A DNA stretch of 63,915 nucleotides, the filler included, from Candidatus Woesearchaeota archaeon (lineage in GTDB: Archaea > Nanobdellota > Nanobdellia > Woesearchaeales > JACPBO01), in NCBI GenBank assembly GCA_016180285.1. It is 5 parts of 5 records of this genome, joined end to end, with 100 filler letters (N's around TTAATTAATTAA, not from the genome) between each part and the next. Parts side by side here need not be neighbours in the genome. Positions count along the whole stretch, not along the records: positions 18,383 to 30,402 come from JACPBO010000048.1; positions 30,503 to 43,416 come from JACPBO010000028.1; 3 more parts are not named here. One strand, given 5' to 3'. A program made the position numbers and the translations under genes. Of the stretch, positions 29,454 to 38,673 are shown piece after piece (positions within the stretch are counted from its first letter, which is position 1; each line of letters opens with the position of its first letter). Under the pieces are notes generated by a model that worked only from the letters and a program-made list of their open reading frames with translations, did no database searches and had not been told where the DNA came from.

Positions 29454-29462
29454 CTTATTTTC

Positions 29463-29723
29463 TTATCGTAATAATTCTCTTCTTTCTTCTGGAGAAAGCT
29501 CAGCAAGCAATCTTTTAAACCTGCCTTTCTTTGCCTTCCTTCCTAACTCAACGCTCCATTTAATGAATTTCTGCTCTTCCTTTGATTCGAGCTTCCTGTG
29601 CAATTCTTCTATTTCTTCTTTCTTGATTAAGTCTTCTCTTGCCACTTCAGACCAGTTCACCCAGGAAAACCTTCCTATCCTCGACCTTAATTCGCCATCC
29701 ACCGCAAATGTTACGCTTGCCAT
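29463..29723 (-). CDS. RHH-type antitoxin
   Basis: SVTFAVDGELRSRI....VNWSEVAR; upstream of PIN gene. Confidence 0.8.
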   Translation of the reverse strand: MASVTFAVDGELRSRIGRFSWVNWSEVAREDLIKKEEIEELHRKLESKEEQKFIKWSVELGRKAKKGRFKRLLAELSPEERRELLR

Positions 29724-29873
29724 CTACAGCTCACCTCTTCTTTCCAATTCCTCAAGCTTCTCAAGCTTCTTTATTATGCCTCTTCTAGCTACTTCAGCCC
29801 AATTTATTTCGGGATGTTTTTTCCTCAGCCTGTCCAGCAGCTCATCAGGCACAGACACAGTCATTTTGTCCAT
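29724..29873 (-). CDS. Second RHH-type antitoxin-like protein (49 aa)
   Basis: Own translation MDKMTVSVPDELLDRLRKKHPEINWAEVARRGIIKKLEKLEELERRGEL; GAGGTGG RBS. Confidence 0.78.
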   Translation of the reverse strand: MDKMTVSVPDELLDRLRKKHPEINWAEVARRGIIKKLEKLEELERRGEL

Positions 29874-30038
29874 TTTTCCACCTCAAAGTATTTATGTTAA
29901 TACAAGTAAATACGTTGAAATATTTAAATGTTTTGTTTTTGGGCATTTGCAGGAGATAACAGAAAAAGAGTTCAATAATTTAACCAATTTAATCCTTAAT
30001 AAAGTTAAGAATCTATCGCATGATGCCGTTGATAATCG

Positions 30039-30401
30039 TTATAGAAATGCTGAGTTCGGGAATTTATGCCCTCGTGATTTAAGTTTATCTACAAGTTCTT
30101 TGGTGTTGAATACCTCAACTATTGATTGTTTCTTGAAATGCGGATCATTAGACCAGATTGGCATTTTATTGAGCGCCAATGACAAAGCAAGGTATTCTGT
30201 GTCTTCTTTGTCTGAGATAAGCGAGTTAGCCTGCTTGAGGAATTTTTCATATTCGGATAATGAAAAAGACTTGATTTTTTCTTTTAATTTCTTCAATAAC
30301 AGATCTAGCTCAGTTGAAGGAAGATTTGAGAGAATTTTAATTCGTGATTTGTGCTCTTCAACCTCCTTAGATAAAGATTCTGGACAATGTAATTTTACAG
30401 C
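30039..30401 (-). CDS. PIN-domain toxin, 5'-truncated by contig end
   Basis: ...CPESLSKEVEEHK...DKEDTEYLALSLAL..PIWSNDPHF. Confidence 0.85.
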   Translation of the reverse strand, partial: AVKLHCPESLSKEVEEHKSRIKILSNLPSTELDLLLKKLKEKIKSFSLSEYEKFLKQANSLISDKEDTEYLALSLALNKMPIWSNDPHFKKQSIVEVFNTKELVDKLKSRGHKFPNSAFL

Positions 30402-30402
30402 A

Positions 30403-30502
30403 NNNNNNNNNNNNNNNNNNNNNNNNNNNNNNNNNNNNNNNNNNNNTTAATTAATTAANNNNNNNNNNNNNNNNNNNNNNNNNNNNNNNNNNNNNNNNNN
30501 NN
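30403..30502. other. Artificial contig linker
   Basis: N44-TTAATTAATTAA-N44. Confidence 0.97.
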
Positions 30503-33500
30503 ATAACCTGCGCAAATGAAACAATCTATGTAGCCGGAAACATAACAATATCGAATAATGGAAGCTTAACGCTTTACAACGTAACCATAAACTTCTCAGC
30601 CTTTGCAGACGGCTCAAACTTCATCAACAAATCACCTAATGGCGGTCTGTTTATCTATGATTTAGACAGCAATGCTTCAACAATAGAAGATGCGACTGAG
30701 ATAATATCAAACAATTCAGATTATGAGTTTGACTTCTGGGTTTATGGGAATGGTGTAAGCGATAACTTTACAATGCAGAACTCTATTGTAAAGGATGCTG
30801 GTTATTCAACTAAATCACTGGGGATTCAGCTTTATAATGTAAGCAATGTAAAGGTTATAGGAAACAATATAAGTGATGGTGCTTATTATGGTTTGTATCT
30901 GCAATATTCAACGAATAATAACATATCAAATAATATAATAAACACAACTGCAAATAATGGCTATGGCATTTATCTTTCTTCAAGCTCAAACTCAACAATA
31001 CAAAGCAATACAATAACAACAAATGGAAGTTGGAGTTATGGCATTTTGATTGATGCAAGCTCAAATTCAAACACTTTGCAAAGCAATACAATAACAACAA
31101 GCAATACAAATGGCTATGGCATTTATCTTTTTTCAAACTCTAATTCAAACACTATACAAAGCAATACAATAACAACAAATGGAAGCTTTGGCTATGGCAT
31201 TTATCTTCTTTCAAGCTCAAACTCAAATACATTACAAAGCAATACAATTACAACAAATGGAAGCTCTAGTTATGGAATTTTTCTTTCTACAACCTTAAAC
31301 AACATATCGAGCAATGCAATAATAACAAATAATGCTACCAGTATTTACTTATCTGGAAGTTCTAACAACAATTTAACAAGCAACAGAATCAATGCAACAG
31401 GAACTATCGCAGATGGCATCTATGTATTTGCTAGTTCTGATAACAATATAATAAACCTGAACAACATAACAAAAGCAGGCAGGGATGGTATAAGATTTGA
31501 AAACTCCGGAACAGCCCTTCCAGAGCGAAACAACATCACAAACAACATCATTCTTAATGCAACTGGAAGCGGAATTTTCTTGAACAACACTTTAACTGCA
31601 TCACAGCTCATTTATAATAATAACATTTCCTATTCAAGCAACAATTCTATACTGCTCAATAATGCATCAAACATCACAATAATCTCTGGCTCTTTGGAAT
31701 ACAGCAGAACAGGAATAAATGCAACAAGCTCAAGAAATGTAACAATCGCAAACGCAACATTTGTATTAAACACATTGTGGGATTTCTATGTAACAACTAA
31801 TTCATGGATTACGTCTCTTAACAATACTTTCAACAAATCAGCAGTCAACATAACCGGTGCAGCAGGTGATTTCAGCAACTTTACAGTAATGTGGTATGCT
31901 CGTGCAAATGTAACTAATTCAAGCGGAAGCGCTATGAATGCTGCATCTGTAACATCCACAGACGTCTACTCAGGAACAGAATGGACAGACACAACAACCA
32001 ATGGCTTAACAGGATGGTTTGCTGTTATTGATTACGTGCAGACTGCAACTTCAACAAATAGTTTTAATATGCACACAGGGGCAGCATCGTTAACTGGTTA
32101 TTTGCCTAATTCGACAACATATAATGTAAGCATTAAAAACATTACAGGAACCCAGGTTGATGTTGTGCTGAAGGATGCAAGGAAGTTCTGCAACGGCAAC
32201 TATACAGAAGGCCAGGCAACATGGAACATTACATCTAATGTAACTTGCGCCAACCAAACAATATACGTAGCTGGAAACATAACAATCTTCAACAATGGCA
32301 GTTTAACCTTGTATAACGTAACCATCAACTTCTCAATGTTCGCAGACGGCTCTAACTTCATTAATAAATCGCCGAATGGCGGTCTTTACATCTATGACTC
32401 AGACAGCAATGCCTCAACGCAGGAAGATGCAACAGAGATTATTTCAAACAATGGCAACTACGAGTTTGATTTCTGGATTTATGGAAACAGCTTAAATGAC
32501 AACTTCACTATGAAAAATTCAATAATCAAGGATGCAGGCTACAGCTTTGGAAGCCAGGGAATACAGCTTTTTAATGTAAGCAATGCCATTATAACGGGAA
32601 ATAACATAAGCGAAGGGTCTTATTATGGCCTGTATATGCAATATTCGCAAAACAACAATATCTCGGGCAATACAATCATAACAAATGGGAGCTTCGGATA
32701 TGGGATTTATCTTGTTTCAAGCTCAAACTCGTCTATAACAGGCAACACAATAACAACAGCGGGAAGCAATGGCATTTGGCTTTCTTCAAGCTCAAACTCA
32801 ACTATATCGAACAATGCAATAATAGCAAATGGAAAGCTTTCTTTCAGCCCGATGCTCGATATTAATTATTCGCAATCAATAAATACAACAGGGTACGAAT
32901 GCTATAGAACAACGCATAAAGCAAATTTCTCTGCAAACCAAGTCAGAGTGGCATTTGCAGCAGGCAATGGCAGCTTCACCCCTTTGGCAGCAAGCGTAGC
33001 TAAGGCAATCAATGCCACTGCAATTTACCTGAATACAAGACGGCAATTATTCTTCGGCAGCCTTCCTTACAGAAGTATTCCTTCAAATCAATTCGATGCA
33101 AGCGACTGGACAAACTTGAGCATTCAGCAGGGAGAAAATCTAACAATACAGTTCCTGGTTCCAGATAATGGCGGAGGGGATCTGAGCATTACAAATGGCT
33201 CTTCTTTCAAGTATGCGGCTGGCCCGGGCGCAGCTTCTGATGCAACATATTACACAACCAATTCGAATTTAACATTCTGCAATGCAACAAATATAGCAGA
33301 GTGGAACAGTTCAGTGTATTTCTCTTCCAGCGCAAGCTCTTATATCTATGGCATAGCCTGGATTGAGTTCAGAAATACAACAGATACATCAGACGGAATC
33401 TATATTTTCAGCGATTCGGACAACAACAGAATAGACCGAAACAACATAACAAAAGCAGGCAGGGATGGAATAAGAATAGAGGTTTCTGAATCCTTTGTCC

Positions 33501-36500
33501 CTGAAAGAAATAATATAACCAACAACGTTATCTTAAATGCAACACAAAATGGAATACTCATTAACCAAACAGGAACAGCTTCCCAATTAATGCAGAATAA
33601 TAACATAACTTACTCCGGCATTAACTATGCTGCTGTAAAATTAATTAACGCTTCAAACATAACAATTATTGGCGGTTTTATGCAGAATAACACTGTCGGA
33701 ATAAATGCATCTCAATCAATAAACATAACTGTTGCAAATGTTACATTCACCGGCTCTGCATTATGGGATTTCTACATCACAAACAATTCATGGCTAATAA
33801 GCCTGAACAACAGCTTTAACAAATCTGCTGTGAATGTAACTGGCAGAAGTTCCAGCACAACCACTTACAATTATTCTAATTTCCAGCAGTATTGGAATGA
33901 TTCAAACTCAACTGGAACTGCCCTTTATTCTGCTGGGTTGTTTGACTATGATGGGGATGGAAGCTTAAATGACATTGTCTTTGGAGGAATAGGAAGGCTA
34001 TCGGCATTCTACCAGAACGGAACTCCGCTCTGGAACTGGACTGGTGGAAATTCAACAAATGATTATGTCTATGACATTGAAATAATAAACAACAGGACAA
34101 TAGCGGCCATATTAAACACAGGAGCAACAAACGGCTCTTTAATCATCTTAGATAGAAACAGCAATCTGATTTGCAATACGAGTGATTTGGGAACTGCTTA
34201 TGCTGCTGCTGCTGGGGATTTCAATCAAGATGGAAATAAGAGCGAGATTGTGGTTGGTGAAAGTGGGGATATTTTCGCATTTTATTCTAATTGCACACAG
34301 ATATGGACAGATAGCAGCCCAGTAGGTAATGCTGGTGACGTAGAAACAGGAGACTTAAACAATGATGGTTATTATGATGATATTGCAGTAGCTGATGCAG
34401 GTAGTGGTCCTACAGATGGCGGTATATTAGTTTATAATGGCTCAGGAGATTTTCAATGGAATGTTAGCGGAACTGCTAGTCTTTCTGTTGAAATAGGGGA
34501 TATAGATGGCAATGGTGTAGATGATATTGTGGCACAGAGTTTCACAAACTACGAACTTCTGGCTTATAATGGCTCTGGCTATAATCTATGGAACTTTACA
34601 GACCCCACTTATGATATATATGAAATAAGATTTGGCAATTTTAGTAATAAAGGAATAATAGCGTTTGTTGCTAATAATATTATAACTAGCTCGACTTTAT
34701 ATGTTTTAAATGCGAGTGGAAACCAGAGCTGGAATGCTTCTTTACCATCCTTAGATACTCAAGGTTGGTTTTCTTTAGCAGTTGGAGATTTAGATAATGA
34801 TGGTTTAGATGATATAGTTGTTGGCAGTGATGATGCAACCCCATTTCAAGTTTTAATGTTCAACAATTCAGGCTCTAATCTATGGAACTATACAACTGGA
34901 AACGATATAGGCTCTATCTATGCAGACGGCGCCTTAGAAATCGCAGACATAGACGGAGATGGAAAGAAGGATGTAATTGCTGCTTCTCAGGATAATTATG
35001 GGTATGTTCTTTATGCTAATAGAACAGTATCGGCAATAATATCAAATGATTATTCTAATTTCACCAATCAATACTATGTTGATGTGAATGTAACATGGTC
35101 AAACTCATCTGCTGTCTCAGGCGCAACAGTTCTCGCATATGAAAACAGCACATCATCCTGGGTTCAAAGATGGACAGACACAACAGCTTCAAACGGATTC
35201 ACAGGAAAATGGGCTGTAATAGAATACGTTCAGAATGCAACAAATATTGTCAATTACACATCAAACTTCACAGCAAATTACAGCGACCAAGCCAACTCAA
35301 CACTGAAATACATCACGAGCAGCCAGCAGGTTGATGTAAGGCTCAATTCAACAGCCGCTGCACCTCCATCCAATGCAACCTTCAACATAACCTTCCTGAT
35401 AACAAAAGCTTTGGCGCCAGACATGGTAATGGCAGCTTCAAACGAAACAATCAACGTAACGACAACTGTAAAAGTCAACAGAACAACAAACAGCATTTCC
35501 TTCATCAACATAACAGATGAGATTCCGTATGATTTCATCTATGAAAACGAATCAAGAATCGCTGTTCTTTTCATCAACTGGAGCGATGCCGGCTCAAACA
35601 CAATAGACATAACAGCGAATGCTACAAAAACAATAGTCAAAAATGGCGGAACAGCAAACACATGGCTCATAATAAACATCTCAAACATGTCAACTTCTTT
35701 GGGCTATTACATGACAGAGAATGACAGCATACAGATCAATTACTTAATGAACAGCTCAAAGATGAATGCAAACGATACAAGGCTCATCTACACAAATGTA
35801 ACAGTAAAAGACATCGCCTCAAACACAGCAGCAGACTTCAAATTAACAAACATAACCTCATCCCAAATCGTATTAAGAGGGTATAAGAAAATATCAGTTG
35901 ACCCTGCAAACCCCCAAAACGCAACAGTCGGCATAGAGATGACTTCGCTTGGAGGAAAATTAACAGGCATTCTTATGGCCGACTATCTTCCAAATGCAAT
36001 ATCTGGAAAATCCGGATTAATTGGCCTGAACATAACTTATTACAACAAGACTTCAAACAGCTACAAGACACTGACAGAGCCCGAGGACTATAAGCTTTAC
36101 AACCCGTACAACTCAACGCTTCCAGACAACCAGGCAGCGTCTGTCTTCTCATACAACTTCAGCTATAACTTCACAAACTGGGACGGCACATTGTATGAAA
36201 ATGATTCTTTGTTAATCAATTACAGCGTTGTTATAGCAGGAGGCGGCTCTTGGACATTGCCTGCAATAATTGGCGGATGGGACCCGCAGTATCAGAAGCA
36301 CATCAAAACTCAGATGTACACTCAAGTCAGTGTTCCGAGCTTTGATGTAATAACGAAAGTATTAACTCCAAAAATAAAGCCAGGAGAGAATGTAAAAGCT
36401 TTGCTGCAAATGCTCAATGTCGGCGGCCCGAAAGCAAAAGTTGATGTCTTCGTAACTTACAGCATGAAAACAATGATTGGAGAATTGATTACAGAAAGGT

Positions 36501-36754
36501 CGGAAACATTGGCAGTTGTCGAGCAGAAAGAAAAAGAGCTTATCCTCGCAACTCCGTCAACTGTAAAGCCTGGAATGTACACATTTGAAACTTTTGTAAC
36601 ATACACTGGGAGGGAAGCAGTCTCAACCGATGTATTTGAAGTTCTGGGAGAAAAAGGATCTGGATTTAATGCGCAGTGGCTTATGTTCGGAATGTTCGGA
36701 TTAGTCATGGTTTTAGCAATAATTTTCGCCATAATAAGGGTGAGGAAATGGTAA
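30503..36754 (+). CDS. Second giant beta-helix surface protein (>=2083 aa, 5'-truncated) with inserted beta-sandwich-like and FG-GAP domains
   Basis: Open from contig start (ITCANETIY...); same modules and C-terminal domain/TM as 18384-29027; DxDGDG/GDLNNDG FG-GAP repeats. Confidence 0.9.
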   Translation: MTCANETIYVAGNITISNNGSLTLYNVTINFSAFADGSNFINKSPNGGLFIYDLDSNASTIEDATEIISNNSDYEFDFWVYGNGVSDNFTMQNSIVKDAGYSTKSLGIQLYNVSNVKVIGNNISDGAYYGLYLQYSTNNNISNNIINTTANNGYGIYLSSSSNSTIQSNTITTNGSWSYGILIDASSNSNTLQSNTITTSNTNGYGIYLFSNSNSNTIQSNTITTNGSFGYGIYLLSSSNSNTLQSNTITTNGSSSYGIFLSTTLNNISSNAIITNNATSIYLSGSSNNNLTSNRINATGTIADGIYVFASSDNNIINLNNITKAGRDGIRFENSGTALPERNNITNNIILNATGSGIFLNNTLTASQLIYNNNISYSSNNSILLNNASNITIISGSLEYSRTGINATSSRNVTIANATFVLNTLWDFYVTTNSWITSLNNTFNKSAVNITGAAGDFSNFTVMWYARANVTNSSGSAMNAASVTSTDVYSGTEWTDTTTNGLTGWFAVIDYVQTATSTNSFNMHTGAASLTGYLPNSTTYNVSIKNITGTQVDVVLKDARKFCNGNYTEGQATWNITSNVTCANQTIYVAGNITIFNNGSLTLYNVTINFSMFADGSNFINKSPNGGLYIYDSDSNASTQEDATEIISNNGNYEFDFWIYGNSLNDNFTMKNSIIKDAGYSFGSQGIQLFNVSNAIITGNNISEGSYYGLYMQYSQNNNISGNTIITNGSFGYGIYLVSSSNSSITGNTITTAGSNGIWLSSSSNSTISNNAIIANGKLSFSPMLDINYSQSINTTGYECYRTTHKANFSANQVRVAFAAGNGSFTPLAASVAKAINATAIYLNTRRQLFFGSLPYRSIPSNQFDASDWTNLSIQQGENLTIQFLVPDNGGGDLSITNGSSFKYAAGPGAASDATYYTTNSNLTFCNATNIAEWNSSVYFSSSASSYIYGIAWIEFRNTTDTSDGIYIFSDSDNNRIDRNNITKAGRDGIRIEVSESFVPERNNITNNVILNATQNGILINQTGTASQLMQNNNITYSGINYAAVKLINASNITIIGGFMQNNTVGINASQSINITVANVTFTGSALWDFYITNNSWLISLNNSFNKSAVNVTGRSSSTTTYNYSNFQQYWNDSNSTGTALYSAGLFDYDGDGSLNDIVFGGIGRLSAFYQNGTPLWNWTGGNSTNDYVYDIEIINNRTIAAILNTGATNGSLIILDRNSNLICNTSDLGTAYAAAAGDFNQDGNKSEIVVGESGDIFAFYSNCTQIWTDSSPVGNAGDVETGDLNNDGYYDDIAVADAGSGPTDGGILVYNGSGDFQWNVSGTASLSVEIGDIDGNGVDDIVAQSFTNYELLAYNGSGYNLWNFTDPTYDIYEIRFGNFSNKGIIAFVANNIITSSTLYVLNASGNQSWNASLPSLDTQGWFSLAVGDLDNDGLDDIVVGSDDATPFQVLMFNNSGSNLWNYTTGNDIGSIYADGALEIADIDGDGKKDVIAASQDNYGYVLYANRTVSAIISNDYSNFTNQYYVDVNVTWSNSSAVSGATVLAYENSTSSWVQRWTDTTASNGFTGKWAVIEYVQNATNIVNYTSNFTANYSDQANSTLKYITSSQQVDVRLNSTAAAPPSNATFNITFLITKALAPDMVMAASNETINVTTTVKVNRTTNSISFINITDEIPYDFIYENESRIAVLFINWSDAGSNTIDITANATKTIVKNGGTANTWLIINISNMSTSLGYYMTENDSIQINYLMNSSKMNANDTRLIYTNVTVKDIASNTAADFKLTNITSSQIVLRGYKKISVDPANPQNATVGIEMTSLGGKLTGILMADYLPNAISGKSGLIGLNITYYNKTSNSYKTLTEPEDYKLYNPYNSTLPDNQAASVFSYNFSYNFTNWDGTLYENDSLLINYSVVIAGGGSWTLPAIIGGWDPQYQKHIKTQMYTQVSVPSFDVITKVLTPKIKPGENVKALLQMLNVGGPKAKVDVFVTYSMKTMIGELITERSETLAVVEQKEKELILATPSTVKPGMYTFETFVTYTGREAVSTDVFEVLGEKGSGFNAQWLMFGMFGLVMVLAIIFAIIRVRKW

Positions 36755-36764
36755 AAGAGGAATA

Positions 36765-37256
36765 ATGAGAATAGAAGTGGCAAAAACAATTGAAGAAAGC
36801 GCAGATTTTGCCAGCCCCAGCTCCCGTAATTTACTGCAGCAGAAAACAAAGGACGAGCTTATTGACCTTATTCTCATGCAGAAGGAAGAAAAAGTGCCGA
36901 TCTCCATTTTCAAAAATGACCTCGGCCCATTGGAAGCTGTTGTCAAATTTCTAAAAGAAAACAAAGCGCTTACAATAACGCAGATTGCAGGAAAGCTCAA
37001 CAGAAGCAGCAAGACAATATGGACCACATACAATAATGTAAGGAATGAAAAGATGAAGGTTTCTGCTTCTTTTCATTTTATTCCTATTTCTTTTTTATCC
37101 AAGAAAAAATTGTCAATCCTTGAGTCAATTGCGTCTTATCTGAAGGATGTTGAATCCCTTACATTCCACCAGATTGCTGAATTGACTGGCAGGGATGACC
37201 GCACAATATGGACGTGCCACCACAGGGCTGTGCTGAAAACAGGAGATAAAAAATGA
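36765..37256 (+). CDS. Tandem HTH DNA-binding protein
   Basis: Two repeats of L..LE..V.YLK...LT..QIA..L.R..RTIWT.Y. Confidence 0.75.
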   Translation: MRIEVAKTIEESADFASPSSRNLLQQKTKDELIDLILMQKEEKVPISIFKNDLGPLEAVVKFLKENKALTITQIAGKLNRSSKTIWTTYNNVRNEKMKVSASFHFIPISFLSKKKLSILESIASYLKDVESLTFHQIAELTGRDDRTIWTCHHRAVLKTGDKK

Positions 37257-37327
37257 AAAAGCTTATATATGGGTTAGTTTACTCTTAAGTAAACATATGT
37301 TTACTATAAAACAAACAAGGTGAAAAC

Positions 37328-37849
37328 ATGGCAAAAAGGGCGCTGCCTAAAACCAAAGAAGCTCTGGGCAAAGCATACCAAAACTGTGAAAAGAAAAAAA
37401 GCTTTAGAAAGGTTGATAGCGGGCAGTTTCAGGACTATATGGTTAGAAGCCAGAAGGATATTGCTTCTGCCGATAATGATTTCAAAAATGGCGATTATTA
37501 TTGGTCTAGGATCAAGGCGTATCAGTCATTATTCCATATGCTTAATGCCATCCTAGTTAAAAATTTCGGCTTTTATTCAAAAGATCATGGCTGCATTCTA
37601 ACTGCCTTATTAAAAAACAGCATCATTACCGATAAGATTGCCTCTCAATTGCATTTGGTTGTTGAAAATGCAGCTAAAAACGCCGCCATGACTTCTGAAG
37701 ATGCTGTGCAGGATATTGATGATTTCAGAATTCAGAGAAATTTTGCATTATACTAGCCGAAAGCATGGGAGGAAGTAACTAAAGACGATATCGAACAGGA
37801 ATTGAATAAAATAAAGAATAATATAAGAATCCTGGCGGGCTTACTATGA
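37328..37849 (+). pseudogene. HEPN-domain toxin gene interrupted by in-frame TAG (37754-37756)
   Basis: AYQSLFH, KDHGC, RNFALY* then frame continues PKAWEEVTKDDIEQELNKIKNNIRILAGLL to an ATGA overlap with the MNT gene. Confidence 0.75.
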
Positions 37850-38433
37850 ATCTTTCAAAAATACTGCCTTTGAGCAAATCACGGCTGGATGTTATGTTTG
37901 AAATATACGCTGAAGGAGAAGATTATCTGAGGAATATCTCTAAGAAATTAAAAATGAACCCTTCACTTGTCTTTAATATCTTAAAAAAGCTATATGCTTC
38001 AAAAATTATCATTAAAAAGAATAAAGGCAAAGAAATCCAGTATTCTCTTGATAAAAACAGGGATTATAAACTTTTGATGCAATTATTGGAGGAATATCAT
38101 TTTGAAAAGGTAATCGATAAATCTGAAATATTAAAAACAGTAATTAATTGGCTGATTAACAACAAAGAACTAATAAATTCCAGTTATAGAATTTATTTAT
38201 TCGGATCTTATGTTTCAGGGCATCCGACTGAAAAAAGCGATATTGATATCCTATTTGTTAATGAAGATAGGAAGCTGGTCGGTAAGATATGCAGGGAAAT
38301 TTCAGTGGTTGCTGGAGTTAACTTAAACCCTTTAATCTACACAAAAAAGAAATTCAAGGTTGAGTTATCGCAAAAAGAGCCGTTGTTGAGCTCGATTGTA
38401 GATAATATTGGGAATAGGGCTGTCATTAAATAA
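37846..38433 (+). CDS. wHTH - minimal nucleotidyltransferase (MNT antitoxin)
   Basis: LFGSYVSGHPTEKSDIDILFV; N-terminal HTH. Confidence 0.88.
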   Translation: MNLSKILPLSKSRLDVMFEIYAEGEDYLRNISKKLKMNPSLVFNILKKLYASKIIIKKNKGKEIQYSLDKNRDYKLLMQLLEEYHFEKVIDKSEILKTVINWLINNKELINSSYRIYLFGSYVSGHPTEKSDIDILFVNEDRKLVGKICREISVVAGVNLNPLIYTKKKFKVELSQKEPLLSSIVDNIGNRAVIK

Positions 38434-38493
38434 GTAAAAATATAAGTAAAATAATAAGTATATTTATATATGAGTTCTTTCAATAAGCATAGC

Positions 38494-38673
38494 ATGGATC
38501 TGAAGCGCAAGCTTTACACAAGGGGAAGCAGCTATGAAACAACTATTCCTATGCCGCTTCTTTTCTCTCTCGATCTCGAAAAAAAGCACAATGTGGTTTT
38601 CAAGTTTGACAGCAAGGCAAAGAAATGGTATGTTGAGCTTGAGGAAATCAAAGGCAAAGGGGATAAAAAATGA
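38494..38673 (+). CDS. Small AbrB/SpoVT-like DNA-binding protein
   Basis: KRKLYTRGSSYETTIP pattern; ATGA-coupled to next gene. Confidence 0.6.
   Translation: MDLKRKLYTRGSSYETTIPMPLLFSLDLEKKHNVVFKFDSKAKKWYVELEEIKGKGDKK

Noticed and set aside
29029..30450. 473-aa plus-strand ORF after the giant gene
   Set aside because: Ser/Phe/Leu-rich antisense shadow of four recognisable minus-strand PIN and RHH genes.
18384..36754. Periodic DNA repeats as a CRISPR array or DGR target
   Set aside because: The repeats are in-frame, degenerate coding rungs. There is no constant repeat-spacer pattern, no cas or reverse transcriptase gene, and the differences are not adenine-specific.
37754..37756. TAG reassignment or pyrrolysine
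   Set aside because: Other genes end properly at TAG (e.g. 16191, 29724, 61248); this is the only internal TAG seen and no pyl genes are present.
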